Positions 1 to 10,101 of a stretch of 64,000 nucleotides of DNA are shown in pieces. The notes under the pieces are model-generated. The model did no database searches, was not told the DNA's origin, and saw only the letters and a program-made list of their open reading frames with translations. Both the position numbers and the translations under genes were made by a program. The DNA is from a virus, in the IMG/VR virus record IMGVR_UViG_3300032331_003707, positions 1 through 64,000 of that record. One strand, 5' to 3'. Position 1 is the stretch's first letter; the number at the start of each line of letters is the position of its first letter.

Positions 1-1
1 A

Positions 2-628
2 GCTGATTTCTTAACCATACAAGCACAGGCCTCACTTCGAAATATTATTGAGACATATTCTCGTACTACTAGATTTATCTTAACATGCAATTATCTTGAA
101 CGTATCATTGACCCACTTCAATCTAGATGCCAGGTATTAAAAATTACACCCCCATCTAAAAAAGAAGTAGCACAACATATATCTGTTATTTTAGATAAAG
201 AAGATATTCACTACACACTAGAAGATCTAGTTTTAGTAGTTAATAAACATTACCCTGATGTTAGAAAAATACTTAATACTTGCCAAGTAAATACTATTCA
301 TGGGGAAGCAAATAGTTTTCTTAAAATAGATAAAACAGTATTAACAGGTGGTTATAAAGATGGATTATTAAAGGAACTTAAATCACCATCTAAAGATAGT
401 TTTAAAAACATTAGACAAATACTTGCTGACAGTAATTTGGATGATTTTGAAGATGTTTATAGATTTATGTATGATACTTTAGATGAATATGGAAATAATG
501 ATTTATCTAAAGCAATGATTATTATCGAAATAGAAAATTATATGTACCATGCTAATTTTAGAATCGATAAAGAAATCAATATAATGGCTTTATTAGCCTC
601 AGTTTTAAAAATAATTAATCAACAATAA
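2..628 (+). CDS. Sliding-clamp loader AAA+ subunit (RFC small subunit / T4 gp44-like), 5' truncated by window
   Basis: Frame 2 reads ADFLTIQAQASLRNIIETYSRTTRFILTCNYLERIIDPLQSRC, with the RFC 'SRC' motif, and is continuous with the 437..628 ORF. Confidence 0.9.
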   Translation, partial: ADFLTIQAQASLRNIIETYSRTTRFILTCNYLERIIDPLQSRCQVLKITPPSKKEVAQHISVILDKEDIHYTLEDLVLVVNKHYPDVRKILNTCQVNTIHGEANSFLKIDKTVLTGGYKDGLLKELKSPSKDSFKNIRQILADSNLDDFEDVYRFMYDTLDEYGNNDLSKAMIIIEIENYMYHANFRIDKEINIMALLASVLKIINQQ

Positions 629-630
629 AA

Positions 631-873
631 ATGGAAAACACCAGTAACCGCCCAAATCTTAATATCGATTTGGCATCAACCCAACCCCTATCATCACCTG
701 AAGGAAATCATATTTTCGCTGAAGGAATGATTTTACGTAAAGTATCAAAATTTGTAGCAGGAACCCCTGAAGATGCTATTATTCCTATCCCAGTAGTATA
801 TGATATTAAAACTGGAAAGATTTTAGCTGAAATGCTTCCTAAAGAACTTAGAGAAGAATATGCAAATATTTGA
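631..873 (+). CDS. Hypothetical protein
   Basis: 80-aa ORF tightly packed between clamp-loader genes. Confidence 0.6.
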   Translation: MENTSNRPNLNIDLASTQPLSSPEGNHIFAEGMILRKVSKFVAGTPEDAIIPIPVVYDIKTGKILAEMLPKELREEYANI

Positions 874-1276
874 TTGGTTAAAAGCATTAACTGTTAGTAA
901 ACCAAAATGGGAGTCATTTACTGAGGAAGAACAAGCAACATTTAACCCATATATGTTGCACCGCTTCCTCAGTATGAACCCCGAATACATAGAGTTTGTA
1001 AATTTAGTGCAGACTTTTCCATATTCCGATAAAAAGAAAATATATGAGATATATTTATATATGATACCCAAAAAGAATATGTTCCACAAATACATTAAAC
1101 CCTCTAGAAAGAAAAAGCAAGAACCATTGCTTAAACACATTGCTAATTATTATGAATGTTCATTAGGCGAAGCTGAAGAATATGTTGATATATTAAGAGA
1201 AGTAGGTATAAAAAGTATCCTTACTAAACTAGGTGTTGAGGAAAAAGAACAAAAAAAGTTATTAAAAAATGGATAG
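860..1276 (+). CDS. Clamp loader small subunit (T4 gp62-like)
   Basis: IFDWLKAL...FNPYMLHRFLSM...YLYMIPKK...KYIK resembles phage clamp loader subunit A; adjacent to gp44-like gene. Confidence 0.7.
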   Translation: MQIFDWLKALTVSKPKWESFTEEEQATFNPYMLHRFLSMNPEYIEFVNLVQTFPYSDKKKIYEIYLYMIPKKNMFHKYIKPSRKKKQEPLLKHIANYYECSLGEAEEYVDILREVGIKSILTKLGVEEKEQKKLLKNG

Positions 1277-1460
1277 TATAGTTACATCAATAATCAAACA
1301 ATTCGAAGAACGAAGTGTTAAGGGGAAAGAAAAGTATGGTACTGATTTAGATAGAACTGATTTGTCTTTATTAGATTGGATTGAACATGCTAAACAAGAG
1401 CATATGGATGCTATTCTGTATCTTGAAAAGCTTAAACAACAATTCATCCAAGAAAAATAA
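1269..1460 (+). CDS. Small phage protein, possible all-alpha NTP pyrophosphatase-like
   Basis: KGKEKYGTDL...WIEHAKQEHMDAILYLEK pattern seen in small phage proteins. Confidence 0.45.
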   Translation: MDSIVTSIIKQFEERSVKGKEKYGTDLDRTDLSLLDWIEHAKQEHMDAILYLEKLKQQFIQEK

Positions 1461-1463
1461 GTT

Positions 1464-2399
1464 TTGAATAAAAAAATCCCACAAATAATTAAGGAGATAA
1501 GACAATTTACTCCTTTAGAAATAGATTATTCTTACCAAAAATCTATCTCTTACTCTCAATATGCTATATGGAAACAATGTCCTCATAAGTGGGAGTTAAT
1601 GTATAAGGATGGGCATTCTGCTTATACCCCTACAATTCATACTGTATTTGGAACAGCAATGCATGAAGCACTTCAAAATTATTTAACAGTAATGTATGAA
1701 GAAAGTGCTGCTGCTGCTGATAGAATTGATATAGAAGAATACTTTGAAAGTAAATTTAGAGAAACATATTTAAAAGAATACCAAGCAAACAAATCAGTTC
1801 ATTTTAGTTCACCAACCGAAATGAGAGAGTTTTTTGATGATGGAATGAATATTTTAAATTTCTTCAAAAAGAAAAAAGGCGGTTATTTTAGTAAGAAAAA
1901 CTGGCATTTAGTAGGATGTGAACTACCACTATCTATACGCCCAGATGAACGTTATAAAAATGTTATATTAAAAGGGTATATTGATTTAGTAATGTATAAT
2001 CAAGAAGAAAATACATTAAAGATATACGATTTTAAAACGTCTACACGAGGTTGGAATGATAGTGCTAAAAAAGATGAAGATAAACAATTTCAAATTATTT
2101 TTTATAAGCATTATTATAGTAAACAATTTGGTATTCCTGAAGATAATATTGAGGTAGAGTTTTTTATATTAAAGAGAAAAATATGGGAAGAAAGTGAATT
2201 CCCACAAAGTAGAATCCAAACATTCTCACCTGCAAGTGGTAAAATTAAAACCAAAAAAGCAGTCGACTCAATGACACAATTTATAGAGGAATGTTTTGAT
2301 ATTACAGGAGGATACAAACATACCACCCATAAGATTAACCCTAACAAAAATTGCCAGTATTGTCCTTTCAATGACAATAAAGAATTGTGTATAAAATAA
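1464..2399 (+). CDS. PD-(D/E)XK nuclease (RecB/Cas4-like)
   Basis: SYSQ..CP, GTAMHEAL, GYIDLV...IYDFKT, Q..FY and C-terminal CQYCPF...C. Confidence 0.85.
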   Translation: MNKKIPQIIKEIRQFTPLEIDYSYQKSISYSQYAIWKQCPHKWELMYKDGHSAYTPTIHTVFGTAMHEALQNYLTVMYEESAAAADRIDIEEYFESKFRETYLKEYQANKSVHFSSPTEMREFFDDGMNILNFFKKKKGGYFSKKNWHLVGCELPLSIRPDERYKNVILKGYIDLVMYNQEENTLKIYDFKTSTRGWNDSAKKDEDKQFQIIFYKHYYSKQFGIPEDNIEVEFFILKRKIWEESEFPQSRIQTFSPASGKIKTKKAVDSMTQFIEECFDITGGYKHTTHKINPNKNCQYCPFNDNKELCIK

Positions 2400-2444
2400 C
2401 ATATTTTTTAAATCCGTATATATTTATATGAAAAAATAAATTCT

Positions 2445-2639
2445 ATGGATAAAAAAGATATGACATTAACTAGTGTAAAGATACAAAGTGAATTATTTGA
2501 AAATTTCAAAATAGCTTGTGTTAGACATAAATTTTCTTTACAAAAACTTGCCGATAGGTGTATTCATTTGTACCTTACGGATGAAGAGTTTAAAAAACAA
2601 GTTCACAACCACATAAATCTAGAAATAAAAGAAAAATAA
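2445..2639 (+). CDS. Small DNA-binding protein (ribbon-helix-helix-like)
   Basis: LTSVKI strand followed by two helices, 64 aa. Confidence 0.45.
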   Translation: MDKKDMTLTSVKIQSELFENFKIACVRHKFSLQKLADRCIHLYLTDEEFKKQVHNHINLEIKEK

Positions 2640-2653
2640 ATAAATAAGTTTTT

Positions 2654-4087
2654 ATGAATTCAAGTTTTGCCTATTTACCTCAAAATGAGAGGAAAAAAAT
2701 CCTATTAATTTGTGATGACATCCGAGTTCCATCTGGTGTAGCAACTGTAGGAAGAGAATTAGTATTAAATACTGCTCAACATTTTAATTGGGTAAATATT
2801 GGAGGAGCTCTCCAACACCCTGATCAAGGAAAAAGACTTGATCTTTCTCAAGACACAGATATTAATACTGGATTAACTGATTCATCAGTATATATGTATC
2901 CTGTAAGTGGTTATGGGGATGCTAATTTAATTAGGCAACTCATTAAGATTGAAAAACCAGATGCCATTTTCTTAATTACTGATCCTAGATATTTTATATG
3001 GTTGTTTCAAATTGAAGGTGAAATCCGTAAACAAATTCCTATTGTGTATTTAAACATCTGGGATGATTATCCGGCGCCTATGTACAACCAGGCATTTTAT
3101 GAGTCATGTGATGCATTATTAGCTATTTCAAAACAAACAAAAAATATTAATGAATTAGTATTAGGTGATAAGGCTAAGAATAAAATAATTGAGTATGTAC
3201 CTCATGGTTTAAATCATGATACATTCAAACCACTTAATAAAACTGATAAAAATCTAACTGAATTTAAGAAAAAATTATTTGGTAATAAAGAATATGATTT
3301 TGTTTTATTCTTTAACTCAAGAAATATCCGCCGCAAACAAATCCCAGATACAATGCTTGCGTATAGATTATTTATAGATCAATTACCTATTGAAAAAGCT
3401 AAAAAATGTGCTCTTGTTTTACACACTCATGTAGTAGATGAAAATGGGACAGATTTAGCAGCTGTACAAGAATTGCTTTTAAATGGAGACCAATATAATA
3501 TCATCTTTACTCCAGGTAATATGGATTCAAATGATATGAATTTATTGTATAATTGTTCTGATGCTCAAATATTATTAACTAACAATGAAGGTTGGGGATT
3601 AAGTTTAACAGAAGCTATATTAGTAGGTAATCCAATTATTGCTAATGTAACTGGTGGAATGCAAGATCAAATGCGCTTTAGTATTAATGGAAAATGGATT
3701 GATTTTGATGCTGATTTTCCTTCAAACCATAATGGTACTATTAAAGAACATGGAGAATGGGCATTCCCAGTCTACCCAACTAATAGATCAATTCAAGGAT
3801 CACCATTAACCCCATATATCTGGGATGATAGATGTAATGCTGAAGATGCAGCAGAGCAAATTATGAATGTTTATAATTTAGATAAGGAAGAAAGAAAAGC
3901 ACGTGGGCTAAAAGGACGCGAATGGGCTTTATCAGATGAAGCGGGGCTTACAGGTGAAAAAATGGGTCAAAGAGTTATAAAAACCTTAGATACATTATTT
4001 AAAACTTGGAAACCAAGAGAAAAATATGAATTTATAAATGTAAATGAAGTTAAAGACAAAACAATCCCTCACAAATTAGTATATTAA
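2654..4087 (+). CDS. Glycosyltransferase, GT-B/GT4 family
   Basis: SGVATVG N-terminal motif, RNIRRKQ, EGWGLSLTEA motif. Confidence 0.88.
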   Translation: MNSSFAYLPQNERKKILLICDDIRVPSGVATVGRELVLNTAQHFNWVNIGGALQHPDQGKRLDLSQDTDINTGLTDSSVYMYPVSGYGDANLIRQLIKIEKPDAIFLITDPRYFIWLFQIEGEIRKQIPIVYLNIWDDYPAPMYNQAFYESCDALLAISKQTKNINELVLGDKAKNKIIEYVPHGLNHDTFKPLNKTDKNLTEFKKKLFGNKEYDFVLFFNSRNIRRKQIPDTMLAYRLFIDQLPIEKAKKCALVLHTHVVDENGTDLAAVQELLLNGDQYNIIFTPGNMDSNDMNLLYNCSDAQILLTNNEGWGLSLTEAILVGNPIIANVTGGMQDQMRFSINGKWIDFDADFPSNHNGTIKEHGEWAFPVYPTNRSIQGSPLTPYIWDDRCNAEDAAEQIMNVYNLDKEERKARGLKGREWALSDEAGLTGEKMGQRVIKTLDTLFKTWKPREKYEFINVNEVKDKTIPHKLVY

Positions 4088-4094
4088 TAAAGTT

Positions 4095-5402
4095 ATGAAT
4101 AATCCATTATTTTTTATATCATGCCCTATCGATACCTACTCAGGATACGGAGCACGTTCTAGAGATTTAGTTAAAGCAATCATAGAATTAAACAAATACA
4201 ATGTTAAAATCTTACCAGCACAATGGGGAAATACTCCATGGGGATTTATCCAAAATAACCCAGAATGGGAATTTTTAAATAACCATATGTGGACTCACCC
4301 CCAGTTACCAAAACAACCTGAAATTTGGATGCAAATTACCGTACCAAATGAGTTTCAGCCAATTGGTAAGTATAATATTGGAGTAACAGCTGGAATTGAA
4401 ACTACTCTTTCTCCTGGAGATTTTATTGAGGGGGCAAATAGAATGGATCTAACATTAACTTCCTCAGAACATTCTAAATCTACATTTATAAATACTATTT
4501 TACAAAAAGTAGACCAACGTACAAATCAAGTTGTTGGTGAATTAAAAATTGAAAAACCAATTGAAGTATTATTTGAAGGAGCAGACATTAATGTTTATAA
4601 ACCACTTGACAAAGTATCTTTATTTCCTGAATTAAATAATATTAAAGAAGATTTTGCATTTTTATTTGTAGGGCACTGGATGAATGGTGAATTAGGTGAA
4701 GATAGAAAAAATGTTGGTTTATTAATCAAAGCATTTTATGAGATTTTTAAAAATAAAAAAATCAAACCAGCTTTAATATTAAAAACATCTCATGTTGGGT
4801 CTTCATATGTTGATAGAGAAGAAATTCTTAAAAAGATAAAAAGTATCCGTAAATCTGTAAATTCAAAAAATCTACCTAACATTTATCTATTACATGGTGA
4901 AATGTTAGATACAGAAATGAATGAGTTATACAACCATCCTAAAGTAAAGGCAATGGTTAATTTAACTAAAGGTGAAGGATTTGGAAGACCATTACTTGAA
5001 TTTAGTCTAGTTAAAAAACCTATTATAACTACCAACTGGAGTGGACACACAGATTTCCTCAACCCAGAGTTTACAACAATGTTGCCTGGTCAATTAACAA
5101 ACGTTCACCCGAGTGCTGCTAACCAATTCCTACTAAAAGAATCTCAATGGTTTTCAGTAGACCAAGCACAATCTGGAGTTTATATTAATGATATGTTTGA
5201 AAATTATAAAAATTATATTGATGGAGCAAAACGTCAAGCATATAAAAATAAAAATGAGTTTAGTTGGGAAAAGATGAAAGAAAAATTAGACGGGATTTTA
5301 ACCCAATATATTCCTGAGTTTCCAAAACAGGTTCAACTTAAATTACCTAATTTAAAGAAAATAGAATTACCTAAACTTAAAAAAGTAGAAAACAATGATT
5401 GA
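4095..5402 (+). CDS. Glycosyltransferase, GT-B/GT4 family
   Basis: SGYGARSR, DRKNVG, GEGFGRPLLE motif. Confidence 0.85.
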   Translation: MNNPLFFISCPIDTYSGYGARSRDLVKAIIELNKYNVKILPAQWGNTPWGFIQNNPEWEFLNNHMWTHPQLPKQPEIWMQITVPNEFQPIGKYNIGVTAGIETTLSPGDFIEGANRMDLTLTSSEHSKSTFINTILQKVDQRTNQVVGELKIEKPIEVLFEGADINVYKPLDKVSLFPELNNIKEDFAFLFVGHWMNGELGEDRKNVGLLIKAFYEIFKNKKIKPALILKTSHVGSSYVDREEILKKIKSIRKSVNSKNLPNIYLLHGEMLDTEMNELYNHPKVKAMVNLTKGEGFGRPLLEFSLVKKPIITTNWSGHTDFLNPEFTTMLPGQLTNVHPSAANQFLLKESQWFSVDQAQSGVYINDMFENYKNYIDGAKRQAYKNKNEFSWEKMKEKLDGILTQYIPEFPKQVQLKLPNLKKIELPKLKKVENND

Positions 5403-5871
5403 TAATTTAACTATATGCTCTAAATGTGGGTCTAATGCTTGTTATCATACTCAAATTAATACTCCAAACCCTGATAACCCAATAATAAATTCTTATTGGT
5501 GTTATGGGTGTGGGTTTACTTCAAATGATCTTTTAGTTAAAGATTCTGAGTATTATAATGCTCAAACTGAATTATTTCCTGAACTATATAAAGATCTTAT
5601 TTATGAGGATGAGAGTGGGAAATGTTGGATTCCTTCAAGTATAAATGTACCTGAAAAAGGAATGGTTTTTATTAATGGGAATAATTCTAATAACTGGAAA
5701 TGGGCAGGAGTAAAAGCTGTTCCAATACTAGAAAAAGAAAAACACAAATTCCCTATCCCTAAAAAACCAGGAGAATTTTATGAATGGAGAATGGATATGA
5801 GTACACTACAACATTTTGAACCCCAAGATTATATGGAGGCTTTAAGTTATATAGGAGTACTTCCTGAATAA
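5395..5871 (+). CDS. Hypothetical Zn-ribbon protein
   Basis: CSKC and CYGC motifs. Confidence 0.55.
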   Translation: MIDNLTICSKCGSNACYHTQINTPNPDNPIINSYWCYGCGFTSNDLLVKDSEYYNAQTELFPELYKDLIYEDESGKCWIPSSINVPEKGMVFINGNNSNNWKWAGVKAVPILEKEKHKFPIPKKPGEFYEWRMDMSTLQHFEPQDYMEALSYIGVLPE

Positions 5872-5909
5872 AATTTGGGTTTTTAAATTAAAGTTATTAT
5901 ATTCATAGT

Positions 5910-6536
5910 ATGAAAATTAGTTATGCAATTACTGTTTGTAATGAATTAGATGAAGTTAAGCGTTTACTTGATCTTCTTCTTGAAAGCAAACGAGAACAAG
6001 ATGAAATTGTTGTGTTGGTTGATGAACCAAAAGCAGACCAACTTTTATTAATAATGCTTCAAAATTATGAAACACACCATAATAATGTGTGTGTTATTGA
6101 AGATAACTTTAATGATCATTTTGCTGATTGGAAAAATAAACTTACTGCACATTGCAGAGGAGATTATATTTTTCAAATTGATGCTGATGAATTTCCTCAC
6201 CCTTATTTTATAGAAAATTTACCCTCTATTCTAGAACACAACTCAGCAGTTGAATTATATGCTGTACCTAGAATAAACACAGTTGAGGGTTTAACCCAAG
6301 AACATATTCAAAAATGGGGTTGGAAAGTTGATGATAATGGATGGGTAAATTGGCCTGATTTTCAAACAAGAATTTATAAAAACAATCCTGATATTAAATG
6401 GAAAAATAAAGTTCATGAAGTATTAGATGGGCATAAGGAATTTGCTTATTTGCCTATGAGTGAAGAGTATGCTTTATTTCATCCTAAATCAATAAAAAGA
6501 CAAGAAAAACAAAACAATTATTATAATACATTATGA
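5910..6536 (+). CDS. Glycosyltransferase, GT2 family
   Basis: ISYAITVCNE, IFQIDADE, WKNKVHE. Confidence 0.88.
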   Translation: MKISYAITVCNELDEVKRLLDLLLESKREQDEIVVLVDEPKADQLLLIMLQNYETHHNNVCVIEDNFNDHFADWKNKLTAHCRGDYIFQIDADEFPHPYFIENLPSILEHNSAVELYAVPRINTVEGLTQEHIQKWGWKVDDNGWVNWPDFQTRIYKNNPDIKWKNKVHEVLDGHKEFAYLPMSEEYALFHPKSIKRQEKQNNYYNTL

Positions 6537-6937
6537 GTGAAAGAAAGTATCTACCAACATTAAGTGAATTAATTGATCGTTTATCAATTACACAATTAAA
6601 AGAAGTATTCATTACAGACCATAAAGCAGAATATGCTGCTGAGATAGCTGATATAGTACATGATATTCAACTACATTTAAATGAATGTAAAGAACCAATT
6701 ACTGCTGAAACAATTCGTGCTATTGTAGTTTTATCACAAATGAATCTCCATATTTGGCACAATGAATCAAATGTTAGAAGTGGCAAATCAGGCCCAAATG
6801 CTTTAGCTTTAACTCATGGTCTAAATGGTATTCGTAACACAGCTAAAAATCAAATCCAAGAAGTAATGGGTGGTCGTAAAGACTATAAAATTGATTGTTT
6901 AGCAGCTGATTTTAAAGATTGGGAAATATCATGGTAA
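6533..6937 (+). CDS. Hypothetical protein of the sugar locus
   Basis: LSELIDRLSITQLKE...NLHIWHNES helical protein; translationally coupled (ATGA overlap). Confidence 0.55.
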   Translation: MSERKYLPTLSELIDRLSITQLKEVFITDHKAEYAAEIADIVHDIQLHLNECKEPITAETIRAIVVLSQMNLHIWHNESNVRSGKSGPNALALTHGLNGIRNTAKNQIQEVMGGRKDYKIDCLAADFKDWEISW

Positions 6938-7713
6938 AAAAACCAATGAAAGTAGTTATATTAGCTGGAGGATTCGGAACCAGACTATCAGAACATACTG
7001 ATTCTATTCCTAAACCTATGGTAGAAATTGGTGGTAAACCAATTTTATGGCATATAATGAAAATTTATTCTCATTATGGGTATAATGATTTTATTATTTG
7101 TTTAGGATATAAAGGTAATATTATTAAAGAATATTTTCTAAATAAACTAAAATATGACTCAGATGTAACTATTGATTTTACTACTAATGAAATTCAAACC
7201 TATAATCATATTGTTGAACCTTGGAAAGTATCATTAATAGATACTGGAGCAGATTCATTGACTGGTGGAAGGATAAAAAGAATACAACAACATATAGACG
7301 GCCCATTTTTATTAACCTATGGAGATGGAGTATCTGATATTAACATCCCAGAATTAATTAATCATCATAATAAACATAAAAGAAAAGTAACTGTTACAGC
7401 TGTCCAACCAGCAGGAAGATTTGGAGGGTTGGAAATTCAAGATAATGTATTAGTTAAATCATTTGTTGAGAAAAAAAGAAGTGATAGTCCTTGGATTAAT
7501 GGTGGATTTTTTGTTTGTGAGCCTGAAGTTTTTGATTATATTAAAGATGATAATACTATTTTTGAATCTGATGTTCTTGAAAAAATGGCTAGTGAAAACG
7601 AATTAACTAGTTACAAACATGATGGATTCTGGGAATGTATGGATACTATTAAAGATAAAAATAATTTAAATAATTTGTGGAATAATAATAAAGCATTATG
7701 GAAAACATGGTAA
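6931..7713 (+). CDS. rfbF: Glucose-1-phosphate cytidylyltransferase
   Basis: VVILAGGFGTRLSE...PKPMVEIGGKPILWHIMK, TGGRIKR, LTYGDG, GFWECMDT. Confidence 0.93.
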   Translation: MVKKPMKVVILAGGFGTRLSEHTDSIPKPMVEIGGKPILWHIMKIYSHYGYNDFIICLGYKGNIIKEYFLNKLKYDSDVTIDFTTNEIQTYNHIVEPWKVSLIDTGADSLTGGRIKRIQQHIDGPFLLTYGDGVSDINIPELINHHNKHKRKVTVTAVQPAGRFGGLEIQDNVLVKSFVEKKRSDSPWINGGFFVCEPEVFDYIKDDNTIFESDVLEKMASENELTSYKHDGFWECMDTIKDKNNLNNLWNNNKALWKTW

Positions 7714-8765
7714 ATGATGTTATTAAGCAAGACATTGCTGAAATTGTTAGTAGAGTTGATAACTCTAGATTTAGTGGTAAAAAAATACTTTTAACTGGGG
7801 GTGGTGGTTTTATTGGAACATACTTTGTTCATTATTTCACTGCGCTAAATGATTTAGGTATTTTACAAGAGCCATGTAAATTATGTATTGTAGAAAATTT
7901 TATTAGAGGAGTACCTAGTTGGTATGAGTATATCAAAGACAGATCAGATGTTGAAGCTATAGAAGCAGATATTAATTACCCTTTAACTCTTCCTAAGTCA
8001 GACTTTATTATACACGCTGCTACTATAGCTTCACCTACATATTACAGAATGCACCCTATAGAAACAATGGATGCTAATGTAATAGGACTTAGAAATTTAT
8101 TAGATTTCGCAAAAGATAACCCATGTGAGAGCTTATTATTTTTCTCCACTAGTGAAGTATACGGTGACCCAGACCCAGACAATATCCCAACAAAAGAAAC
8201 ATATAGAGGAAATGTTAGTTTCACAGGTCCTAGAGCATGTTATGATGAATCTAAAAGATACGGAGAAACACTATGTGTTAACTTTTATCAACAACATAAC
8301 ATCCCCATTAAAGTAGCTAGACCATTTAACAATTATGGACCTGGGTTAAGAATAACAGATAAACGAGTTATACCAGATTTCTTTAATAATATATTAAATA
8401 ATGAAAAAATAACTATATTATCAGATGGTAAAGCAACTAGAACATTTTGTTATATAGCAGACGCAGTTACCGGATATATTCAAATATTACTTTCAAACCA
8501 TAATGGAGAAGCATTTAATATAGGAACATCTTACCCTGAGATAACAATGTTAGAATTAGCTCAAACTATATCAGAAGTTGTAACTGGTAATAAAAATTTT
8601 GAACATGAATATAAAATAAGTACAGATACTGAATATTTAACTGATAATCCTCAAAGAAGATGTCCTGATCTTACTAAATCAAAATCATTATTAGGGTATG
8701 AACATAATATCAGTCTTAAGGAAGGTTTAACTAGAATTTATAATTACTATAAAAGTAGCATCTAA
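7698..8765 (+). CDS. NDP-glucuronate decarboxylase (UXS-like SDR)
   Basis: TGGGGFIG, STSEVYGDP, GPRACYDESKR, TRTFCY, DNPQRRCPD. Confidence 0.88.
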   Translation: MENMVNDVIKQDIAEIVSRVDNSRFSGKKILLTGGGGFIGTYFVHYFTALNDLGILQEPCKLCIVENFIRGVPSWYEYIKDRSDVEAIEADINYPLTLPKSDFIIHAATIASPTYYRMHPIETMDANVIGLRNLLDFAKDNPCESLLFFSTSEVYGDPDPDNIPTKETYRGNVSFTGPRACYDESKRYGETLCVNFYQQHNIPIKVARPFNNYGPGLRITDKRVIPDFFNNILNNEKITILSDGKATRTFCYIADAVTGYIQILLSNHNGEAFNIGTSYPEITMLELAQTISEVVTGNKNFEHEYKISTDTEYLTDNPQRRCPDLTKSKSLLGYEHNISLKEGLTRIYNYYKSSI

Positions 8766-10096
8766 TGAATATAACAATTATAGGAACAGGTTATGTAGGG
8801 TTAGTTTCTGGAGTATGTTTAGCTTCTAAACAACATAATGTAACTTGTGTAGATATTAGAGAAGAAGTTGTAGATTTACTTAATAATAATAAGCCTCATA
8901 TACATGAAAATGGTTTATCTGAGTTATTAGATCAAACACTTAAAAGTGGTCATTTTAAAGCTACAACAGATTTAAATAACGCTTTAGAACAAAGTGAATT
9001 AGTGATTATTGCTGTTGGAACACCTTCTAAAAATGGTAAAATTAATCTAACCCAAATTAAAAATGCTTGTACCAGCATAGGTAATTTTATTAAGACTAAT
9101 GATAAATTTATATCTGTAGTTGTTAAAAGCACTGTAGTGCCAGGGACTACAGATACATTTGTTAAAGATATAATAGAATCAACAAGTGGTAAGAAATTAG
9201 GAGAATTTGGACTAGGAATGAACCCAGAGTTTTTACGTGAAGGAGAAGCAATAGCAGACTTTCAATACCCAGATAGAATTGTTATAGGATATGAAGATCA
9301 AAAAACTAAAAATTTATTAGAGGAAATATATTCTCCTTGGGATTGTGATAAGATAGCAGTTAATACTAGAACAGCTGAGATGATAAAGTATTCAAACAAT
9401 ACTCTTTTAGCATGTTTAATCTCTATGAATAATGAATTAGCTAATTTAGCGTTTGAATTAGGTAATATTAATTACAATGATGTTATTAAAGGTGTAATTA
9501 GTGATAAAAGATGGAGTCCAATTATTGATAAAACTAGAATTACTCCTACAATAACTACTTATTTTACTCCTGGAGCTGGGTTTGGTGGAAGTTGCTTCCC
9601 AAAAGATGTCCAAGCAATAAGAGCTCAAGGAGAATATTTAGGCTTAAGTATGAATATGACTGATGCAGTTCTATCAGTGAATGATATTCAGCATTATAGA
9701 GTTTTACATTACTTAAAAAAGTATTTTGGAAAATTAACAGATAAAAAAATACTACTATTAGGATTAGCTTTTAAACCTGATACAGATGATATTAGGGAAT
9801 CCAGTGCTTTAAAAATACTATCAGTACTATTAGAAAATAATTGTCAAGTTAAAGCTCATGATCCTATTTCAATGCCTAATACTAAAAAGGAATTTAACAA
9901 TTCTAATTTAGAATTTATAGAAAATTGGAGAGAAGAAATAAACAATGTTGATGCTATTATAATTGGTACAAATTGGCCTGAGTATAAGGATATTAAAGAT
10001 AAAACTAATGTTTTAATATTTGATTCAAAACAATTATTTTCAATTGATGAAGTAAAAAATCATAAATACGCTACTTTTAGTTATAATAAAAAATAA
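8765..10096 (+). CDS. ugd: UDP-glucose/GDP-mannose 6-dehydrogenase
   Basis: IGTGYVG, KSTVVPGT, NPEFLREG, GFGGSCFPKD, LAFKPDTDDIRES. Confidence 0.93.
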   Translation: MNITIIGTGYVGLVSGVCLASKQHNVTCVDIREEVVDLLNNNKPHIHENGLSELLDQTLKSGHFKATTDLNNALEQSELVIIAVGTPSKNGKINLTQIKNACTSIGNFIKTNDKFISVVVKSTVVPGTTDTFVKDIIESTSGKKLGEFGLGMNPEFLREGEAIADFQYPDRIVIGYEDQKTKNLLEEIYSPWDCDKIAVNTRTAEMIKYSNNTLLACLISMNNELANLAFELGNINYNDVIKGVISDKRWSPIIDKTRITPTITTYFTPGAGFGGSCFPKDVQAIRAQGEYLGLSMNMTDAVLSVNDIQHYRVLHYLKKYFGKLTDKKILLLGLAFKPDTDDIRESSALKILSVLLENNCQVKAHDPISMPNTKKEFNNSNLEFIENWREEINNVDAIIIGTNWPEYKDIKDKTNVLIFDSKQLFSIDEVKNHKYATFSYNKK

Positions 10097-10101
10097 ACAA
10101 T

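Noticed and set aside
1464-2399. Cas4 as part of a CRISPR system
   Set aside because: Stand-alone PD-(D/E)XK nuclease among replication genes; no cas1/cas2 or array
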